In this document: piece by piece, positions 32,817-39,113 of the stretch
Layout of the letters: each line of letters starts with the position of its first letter
Numbering within the stretch: position 1 is the stretch's first letter
Origin: Folioceros fuciformis
Taxonomy: Eukaryota
Assembly: GCA_049999805.1 (NCBI GenBank)
Contig: JBNGIO010006002.1
Span: forward strand, 106,769-145,881
Direction: 5' to 3'
Length of the DNA: 39,113 nt
Notes under the pieces: generated by a model
The model's input: the letters and a program-made list of their open reading frames with translations, nothing else
Database searches by the model: none
What the model was told of the DNA's origin: nothing
Position numbers and translations under genes: made by a program

Positions 32817-35800
32817 ATGAGGAGTTGGGAAGTTCCGAGGAAGCCGAGTGCGAAGATCGTTCTCATCGGCTCTGGCGGACCGGCTTGTACGAGGCAGCTC
32901 GGTTGGGATGCTCAGCTTCTTACGCTGGTTGTGGCCATGTGTCTTGGCGTGTCCAGATCCAATGGGAGTGGCTGGGATGGCCCCGGACCCCCCGGGCCTG
33001 CGGGACATGGGAGCAGGGTGACGGCTGAAACTGTGATCAAGCTGTGTGATGAAGGGCGTCTCCACGAGGCAGTTGAGGCTTTGGGAGTGTTGGCTGAGAC
33101 AGCTGGCAATGTATCCGCGTCTCTCCTTTACGGTGTCCTGAAGAAGTGTGCGGGGGGGAATCTTACACTGGGCCGGCGAGTCCATGCCTTCACGATGCAG
33201 CAGGGGTACGAGGCAGACACGTTCCTGTGCAACCACATTCTCCGGATGTATGCGTCTCATGGCCTGTTGCAAGAGGCGATGGATGTGTTCACCTTGGTTC
33301 CGAACCCCGACGCCTTCATGTGGTCCTCCGTGATTTCTGCGCATGTGAAGCACGGGAGAGACAAGCAGGCCGTGGAGTTGTATCGACGGATGCGCAGTTC
33401 GAGTGTGAGGCCGGATGGCCATGTCTTTGTGGCGGCCCTGCAGGCGTGTGCGAGGGGGAGAGACTTGGAAGCTGGGGAGGAGGTGCATGCGGATGTGGTG
33501 GCCTCTGCCGTGCAGCCTGATTTGTTCGTGTGTAGTTGCCTGGTGGATATGTACGCCAAGTGTGGCAGGTTGGATTATGCGAGGCGAGTGTTTGATGGAC
33601 TAGGTCGAAAAGATGTGGTTACGTGGAACTCCATGATGGCGGGGTATTCCCGGCAGGGCATGGCGCGGGAAGCCCTTGGCCTGTTCGGGAAAATGCGAGA
33701 GGAGTGCGCTGGTGCGCCCGATTCCGTCACGTTTGCGTGCCTGTTGCAGGCGTGTGCAGATTTGGGGTCCCCAGGTTTGGAGACGGGGAAGCAGCTGCAT
33801 GTGCTCGTCAGGGAGCGAGGACGCCAAGGTGATTTGCTGGTTGCTAATACTTTGGTTGATATGTATGCGAAGTGTGGCAGCTTGGAAGATGCTCGGAGGG
33901 TGTTTGATGGACTTGTTCGGAAAGATGTGGTGACATGGAATGCCATGATTGCGGGGTATTCCCTGTATGGCATGGCGCAGCAAGCCCTTCGTCTGTACGG
34001 TGATATGCTAGATAACGGCATGTCTGTACCTGATTCTGTGACGTTTGGGTGCCTCCTGCAGGCGTGCGCGAAGTGTGGCCGCATGGACGATGCTCAGAGA
34101 CTGTTCGACGGACTTGTTTGGAAAGATACTGTGACATGGAATGCCATGATTAAAGGTTATTCCCAGCAGGGCTTGGGGCAGGAAGCCCTTCGTCTTTACG
34201 GTGCTATGGAGGCGGAAGGCATGGCTGTCCCAGATTCTGTGACATTCGTCTGCCTCCTGCAGGCATGTGCGGTTGTTGGGGGGCCAGCTCTGGTGAAGGG
34301 GAGGGAGCTTCATGCGCAGATTCGAGAAGGTGGACATGGAGCTGAGGCGTTTGTTGCCAGTAGTTTGGTGAACATGTATATGAAATGCGGCAGCTTGGAA
34401 GATGCTCAGCGGGTGTTTTATGGACTCGACCGCAAAGATGTCGTAACGTGGAATGCCATGCTTTCAGGATATTGTCAGCTGGGCATGGGTCAGTACGCCC
34501 TTTGTCTTTACAGTGCTATGCAAGATGAACGATGGGCTGCACCAGATTCAGTAACGTTCATGTGCGTCCTGCAAGCCTGTGCGACTGTAGGCAGCCCGGC
34601 GTTGGAGAAGGGAAAGCAGCTCCATGAGCAGATCAGAGAAGGAGGACATCAAAACGATGGTTCTATTGCAAGCAGCTTGGTAAACATGTATGCCAAGTGT
34701 GGCAGTTTGGCAGAGGCCCAGAGAGTGTTTGATGGCCTTGGTAAGAAGGATGTGGTGACATGGACTGCCATGATCGCAGGGTATGCCCAGGAGGGCATGG
34801 GACACGAAGCTCTTCGTCTTTACAGTAGTATGCAAGAAGAAGGCATGGCTGCACCTGATTCCGCGACCTTTGTGTGCCTCCTACAGGCATGTGCAAGTTT
34901 GGGTGTCCCGGCTTTGGAGAAGGGGAAGCAGCTACATGCGCAGGTCCGAGAAGGTGGGTACGAATCTGACGTGTTTGTTGGCAGCAGTTTGGTGAACATG
35001 TACGCAAAGTGCGGCAGTGTGGAAGATGCTCGGCAAGTGTTTGATGGACTTGGGCAAAGAGATGTGGTGACGTGGACTGCCATGATAGCAGGGTATTCCC
35101 AGAAGGGGATGGGCGTGGAAGCCCTTTCACTTTACAGTGCCATGCTAGCAGATGGCCTGGCTGTGCCTGATTCAATGACATTTGTGTGCCTCCTGCAGGC
35201 ATGCTCAAGTGTGGGGACCCCAGCTTTGGAGCTGGGAAAGCAGATGGAGGTGCAGATTATGGAGCAAGGACGTGAAGCTCATGCGTTTGTTGCCAGCAGT
35301 TTGGTGAACATGTACGCTAAGTGCGGCAGCTTGAAAGATGCTCAGAGAGTGTTCGATGGACTTGTTGAAAAAGAGGGTGTGACTTGGACTGCTCTGATTG
35401 CAGGATATTCCCAGCAGGGTATGGGTCAGGAAGCCATAAGTCTCTACAGGGCTATGGAAGGTGAAGGCGTTGCTGTACCCAATTCAGTGACATTCGTGTG
35501 CCTCTTGCAGGCTTGTGCAATTGTGGGCACGCAGGGTTTAGAGATGGGAAAGCAGCTTCATGCCCAGATCAGAGCGCAAGGACATCAAACTGATGGCTTT
35601 GTGTCCACCAGTTTGGTGAACATGTATGCAAAGTGTGGCAGCTTGGAGGATGCTCACAGAGTGTTTGAAACGCTTGGGCAGAAAGACGTTGTGACGTGGA
35701 ATGCCTTGATGGCAGGATACTCCCAACAGGGCATGGGGCAGGAGGCCCTTCATCTCTACGGAGCTATGCAACAGGAAGGCGTGGTCACCCCCGATTCTGT

Positions 35801-37217
35801 GACATTTGTGTGCCTCCTGCAGGCATGTGCGGTTGTTGGTGCCCCTGCTTTAGAGGCGGGGAAGCAGCTTCATGTGCAGATTAGAGAGCGAAGGCTTCAA
35901 GCTGATGTGTATGTGGCCAGCAGTTTGGTGAACATGTATGCGAAGTGTGGCAGCTTAAAAGAAGCTCGTACAGTTTTTGACGCTCTCGGTGAAAAAAATG
36001 TGGTGGTGTGGAATGCCATGATAGCAGGGTATTCCCAGGAAAGCATGGGGCAAGAAGCCGTGAATCTGTACATTGCTATGCGAGACGAAGGCGTCGCTGT
36101 ACCTGATTCTGTGACATTTGTGTCTCTCCTTCAGGCATGTGCAAGTGTGGCATCGTTGCATCTGGGAAGGCAATTGCATTCGCAGCTTGAAGAACAAGGG
36201 CTCCAAGAGGATGCTTTTGTGTCAGGCAGTTTGATAAACATGTATGGAAAGTGTGGGAGCATGGTTGATGCACAGCGTGTGTTTGATGTGCTGCCCAAGA
36301 GGGACATTGGTGCGTGGAGTGCACTGATTGCAGGTTACAGCTCGCAGGGAGACAGTAACCGGGTCCTTGACTTGGTACAGAGAATGAGGGACAATGGCAT
36401 ACAGCCAGACTCAATCACATTCCTGAGTATACTAACAGTATGCAGTCACGTGACTCTAGTGAAGAAGGGGCAAGAGGTTTTTGAGGTTATGAGCAGAAGC
36501 TACGGCATCACCCCCGACGTGGAGCACTATGCATGCATGGTGGATCTCTTTGGCCGTGCAGGCCGACTAGATGAGGCTCTAGCTATCATAAGGACGATGC
36601 CTGTACTGCCTAGCGCAGCGGTGTGGCACACTCTGTTGGGAGCGTGTCAAAAGTGGAACAACGTAGAGGTGGGACGCTATGCTTTTGACCAAGCATTGAA
36701 GCTAGACGACAGAGACGCCGCAGCATATGTGTTGATGTCTAATGTGTACTCGGGTGCCCACATGTGGGATCAGGCACAGAAGATGCAGGTGAGGAGGAAG
36801 AGAATCAGAGCATGGAAGCAGCCCGGTCAGACCTGGTGGACGGACATGGACGGGCTGGTTCACAGTTTTCTGGTTACGAATCTGGAAGAAATTCGGGTTA
36901 AAAGAAACAATAAAACTAATGCGTCACACCTGGACTCGTCTGATGGTCGACGAGAGGATTTTCAATTGTGTGGCAGCCCCGAGAAGCGTTGTCTCGCACA
37001 CGCCATCACTAATACATACAAAGGGGCCCCCATTTCTACTGCTCTACATGTGCAGGCATGTGTCAATCGTCAGACAGCCACCAAGCTTCCCTCTCCAAGG
37101 ACCCACCTAGAATACATCTGTCCAGGGAAAGAACAAGTCCGTGTGATGACGTCGTTCCAGCACTTCAAGTGGAGATCATGGCCGAGTATCAGTTACATTT
37201 CCTCTTTCCCGAGCTAG
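32817..37217 (+). CDS. Intronless PLS-class PPR protein (about 33 motifs) with E1/E2 and a degenerate WW-type DYW domain; organellar RNA-editing-factor family
   Basis: 1466-aa ORF with about 11 P-L-S triplets, E1 (AAVWHTLLGACQKW), E2 (AAAYVLMSNVY) and PG box KQPGQTWWTDMDGLVHSFLV. A DYW-like tail follows with LCGSPEK and ACVNR. The true start may be a downstream ATG (~32937). Confidence 0.93.
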   Translation: MRSWEVPRKPSAKIVLIGSGGPACTRQLGWDAQLLTLVVAMCLGVSRSNGSGWDGPGPPGPAGHGSRVTAETVIKLCDEGRLHEAVEALGVLAETAGNVSASLLYGVLKKCAGGNLTLGRRVHAFTMQQGYEADTFLCNHILRMYASHGLLQEAMDVFTLVPNPDAFMWSSVISAHVKHGRDKQAVELYRRMRSSSVRPDGHVFVAALQACARGRDLEAGEEVHADVVASAVQPDLFVCSCLVDMYAKCGRLDYARRVFDGLGRKDVVTWNSMMAGYSRQGMAREALGLFGKMREECAGAPDSVTFACLLQACADLGSPGLETGKQLHVLVRERGRQGDLLVANTLVDMYAKCGSLEDARRVFDGLVRKDVVTWNAMIAGYSLYGMAQQALRLYGDMLDNGMSVPDSVTFGCLLQACAKCGRMDDAQRLFDGLVWKDTVTWNAMIKGYSQQGLGQEALRLYGAMEAEGMAVPDSVTFVCLLQACAVVGGPALVKGRELHAQIREGGHGAEAFVASSLVNMYMKCGSLEDAQRVFYGLDRKDVVTWNAMLSGYCQLGMGQYALCLYSAMQDERWAAPDSVTFMCVLQACATVGSPALEKGKQLHEQIREGGHQNDGSIASSLVNMYAKCGSLAEAQRVFDGLGKKDVVTWTAMIAGYAQEGMGHEALRLYSSMQEEGMAAPDSATFVCLLQACASLGVPALEKGKQLHAQVREGGYESDVFVGSSLVNMYAKCGSVEDARQVFDGLGQRDVVTWTAMIAGYSQKGMGVEALSLYSAMLADGLAVPDSMTFVCLLQACSSVGTPALELGKQMEVQIMEQGREAHAFVASSLVNMYAKCGSLKDAQRVFDGLVEKEGVTWTALIAGYSQQGMGQEAISLYRAMEGEGVAVPNSVTFVCLLQACAIVGTQGLEMGKQLHAQIRAQGHQTDGFVSTSLVNMYAKCGSLEDAHRVFETLGQKDVVTWNALMAGYSQQGMGQEALHLYGAMQQEGVVTPDSVTFVCLLQACAVVGAPALEAGKQLHVQIRERRLQADVYVASSLVNMYAKCGSLKEARTVFDALGEKNVVVWNAMIAGYSQESMGQEAVNLYIAMRDEGVAVPDSVTFVSLLQACASVASLHLGRQLHSQLEEQGLQEDAFVSGSLINMYGKCGSMVDAQRVFDVLPKRDIGAWSALIAGYSSQGDSNRVLDLVQRMRDNGIQPDSITFLSILTVCSHVTLVKKGQEVFEVMSRSYGITPDVEHYACMVDLFGRAGRLDEALAIIRTMPVLPSAAVWHTLLGACQKWNNVEVGRYAFDQALKLDDRDAAAYVLMSNVYSGAHMWDQAQKMQVRRKRIRAWKQPGQTWWTDMDGLVHSFLVTNLEEIRVKRNNKTNASHLDSSDGRREDFQLCGSPEKRCLAHAITNTYKGAPISTALHVQACVNRQTATKLPSPRTHLEYICPGKEQVRVMTSFQHFKWRSWPSISYISSFPS

Positions 37218-37232
37218 CCAAGTGCAATTTTT

Positions 37233-37317
37233 CCTGTCCTGTTTCCGGTCGGAGCAAGTTCAAACCTCGGACCATTCCCAGACCTCTGGATTCGCTCCGC
37301 CTGGGAGCAAGACATGG
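37233..37317. other. Inverted repeat just after the PPR stop codon, homologous to the 9060-9150 hairpin
   Basis: CCTGTCCTGTTTCCGGTCGGAGCAAGTTCA (37233-37262) pairs imperfectly with TGGATTCGCTCCGCCTGGGAGCAAGACATGG (37287-37317). Confidence 0.65.
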
Positions 37318-37829
37318 CTCTGTCATGGTGGAACACCATTACTGCTGCAAGGTTCAGGGTTGCAAATTCCACCAGCTTCCACCTTCCACCTGGACTGTGA
37401 CGTGCGTGCAAGTCCGGTGACATGTACATGATTACGTGCTGCACCTGATCGATTTCAGTCCAACTCCAAGCAACAGATTGCCCTGTCCTGCCCCTACTTG
37501 GAGGTGAATTGTGATGCCACAAAAGGAACGAAATGGGTCCCTAAACCCAAGTCGTCTAAACCATGATTATTCGAAGCCTAGTGTGAATCCGAAAATCGAA
37601 GATCCATCAGAACTAATTGGGAAACTCAAGTCCACCCAAGACTCTCGAGAAGGGCAACTCAGAAAGACACTAAATCCAATAAAAAAATAGAGAATAACAT
37701 TGCAATATTATATATATATATAATTAAAAGATTCTTAGATATGCCTCACACCTTAAATAGCACTAACTCCAGTCCACTCTGGACTTCATCATTCTCTTCC
37801 TCCAAGTCTCATAACTCACATCACCAACT

Positions 37830-38544
37830 ATGGAGACATTAGGTAAGAAATACCACTCTAGCAAGGAAGTAAAGAACAGAACTATTTTCATCATCAAATT
37901 AATGTCATTTACACAACTAATTTCATTCTACTTTATGTCTGGCTTTAATTTCATTCTAATCTATGTCTATGTCCGTCGCTAACTTCATTCTATTCAATTT
38001 CTGTCTCTTCTCTTCAGGTACCATGAACAAAGATATTTCAAACCATCGAAAGAGAAAATATTATCCTCCATCAACATGGTCAGTCATACTACTACTTATC
38101 ATAATTGTGAATTGTTTGAACAGAATTCATTCACAACAAGTGAATGGAGAGATCTCTCCAGACATTTCATTTGTATCATATTACTGTAACCCAAATATCT
38201 TCTTTGAAAACTTGGTGGGTTTGCTCACTACCAAACTGCATGAATCTGCCTTCGAAGCTAGTAAAAGATTTCCAACTCAACTTCCTTACATTGCAATATA
38301 TGACTACAGCCATAGTGAAGCCATGTTTCCTAATCACCTAAACATAACAGCTAATTGTTTCTCTATGGTCCAATCAACTTTTGAGCAGCACCCAAAGATT
38401 ACTATGTCCCAAAATCATCAATGCCTTTCTTGTTTAAGTTTTGCTGCAGATAGACTTCTAGATGTGTGTGTTCAATCCATGGCTGCAACGTATCATGTCG
38501 CGGATTGTGAAATTGAATATCTCTTTACTACCAAGTTACTTTAA
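37830..38544 (+). CDS. Gnk2/DUF26 (stress-antifungal) single-domain cysteine-rich secreted protein, 2 exons
   Basis: Exon 37830-37842 (METLG) is followed by intron GTAAG...TCTTCAG (37843-38017) and an in-frame exon 38018-38544. The product has a hydrophobic signal segment (WSVILLLIIIVNCL), then PDISFVSYYCN...ANC...QCLSCLSFAADRLLDVC...ADCEIEY, a Gnk2-type cysteine pattern. Confidence 0.72.
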
Positions 38545-38807
38545 TGCTAGGATCTGTTATGTAACATGCGATCTACACACATATTCTATAGACATGTATT
38601 CTAAAAGAATATAATTAGATTTTTTTCCCTATATATTTTATATATATATTATAAGACATATTTTAGTTTTAAGTAGATTATGGTTTCAACATTTTGTTGT
38701 TCTTAGTTTGAACTAACTCATTGTTTCAATTTGTCAAGGCACAAAAAAAAACTCTCAGAGAGTGAACCTGCCTTTCACTATCTCTAGCCCTATGCATCTC
38801 AATTGTA

Positions 38808-38878
38808 CGGTCCCACCAAGACTTGAACTCGGGCCGCTGGATTCAGAACCCAGTGTCTAACCACCAGACAATGAGACG
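38808..38878 (-). tRNA. tRNA-Gln(CTG), degenerate, possibly a pseudogene
   Basis: Minus strand reads CGTCTCATTGTCTGGTGGTTAGACACTGGGTTCTGAATCCAGCGGCCCGAGTTCAAGTCTTGGTGGGACCG. It has anticodon arm CTGGG-TTCTGAA-TCCAG, T-arm CCGAG-TTCAAGT-CTTGG and acceptor GTCTCA/TGGGAC. The first pair is C:C and the D-loop appears one G short. Confidence 0.75.
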
Positions 38879-39113
38879 GCGGCAAAAGGAACACAGTTAA
38901 TTATTACATCGTAAAAACCATAGGATCTACCAGTCCTAACCATCCAAAAACAAAGTAAGCTTGGCCTCGAAAAGAACGAGCGAGCCGGGCCGGGCCGGGC
39001 CGGCGACAGGTAGCATTGAAAGACGGACATGTCGGCAATGTGAGCTGGTGATAAACCAAGAGCGTTACAGAATGTGGGTCAGATAAATACTTCAACGGCA
39101 GGTCCGTAACCGG

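Overview
Compact, gene-dense eukaryotic nuclear DNA with short GT-AG introns and three N-gaps. It is most likely an early-diverging land plant. The WW-type PG box of the PPR editing factors and the short introns point to a hornwort (inference). Left gene island: an Fcf2 rRNA-processing gene, a PARL/RBL12-like rhomboid protease, a frameshifted PLS-PPR pseudogene, a damaged ARF GTPase gene and a large ePHD + AAA ATPase gene (ATAD2/BRP1-like, minus strand). Right end: an intact 1466-aa PLS-PPR with a degenerate DYW:WW domain, a Gnk2/DUF26 secreted protein and a degenerate tRNA-Gln. The most unusual part is the repeat-rich island at about 20.8-32.6 kb. It holds two divergent (head-to-head), decayed copies of a gene with a ParB/Srx-like 'GGNHS' domain. 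The plus-strand copy runs into the C-terminal half of a prokaryote-type beta-class N4C/N6A DNA methyltransferase. The minus-strand copy is split by a solo-LTR-like insertion with a clean 4-bp TSD. Next to them lies an intact, intronless 1094-aa CHAT (caspase-like) protease gene with both catalytic residues. All family calls come from motif recognition by eye; no database searches were run.
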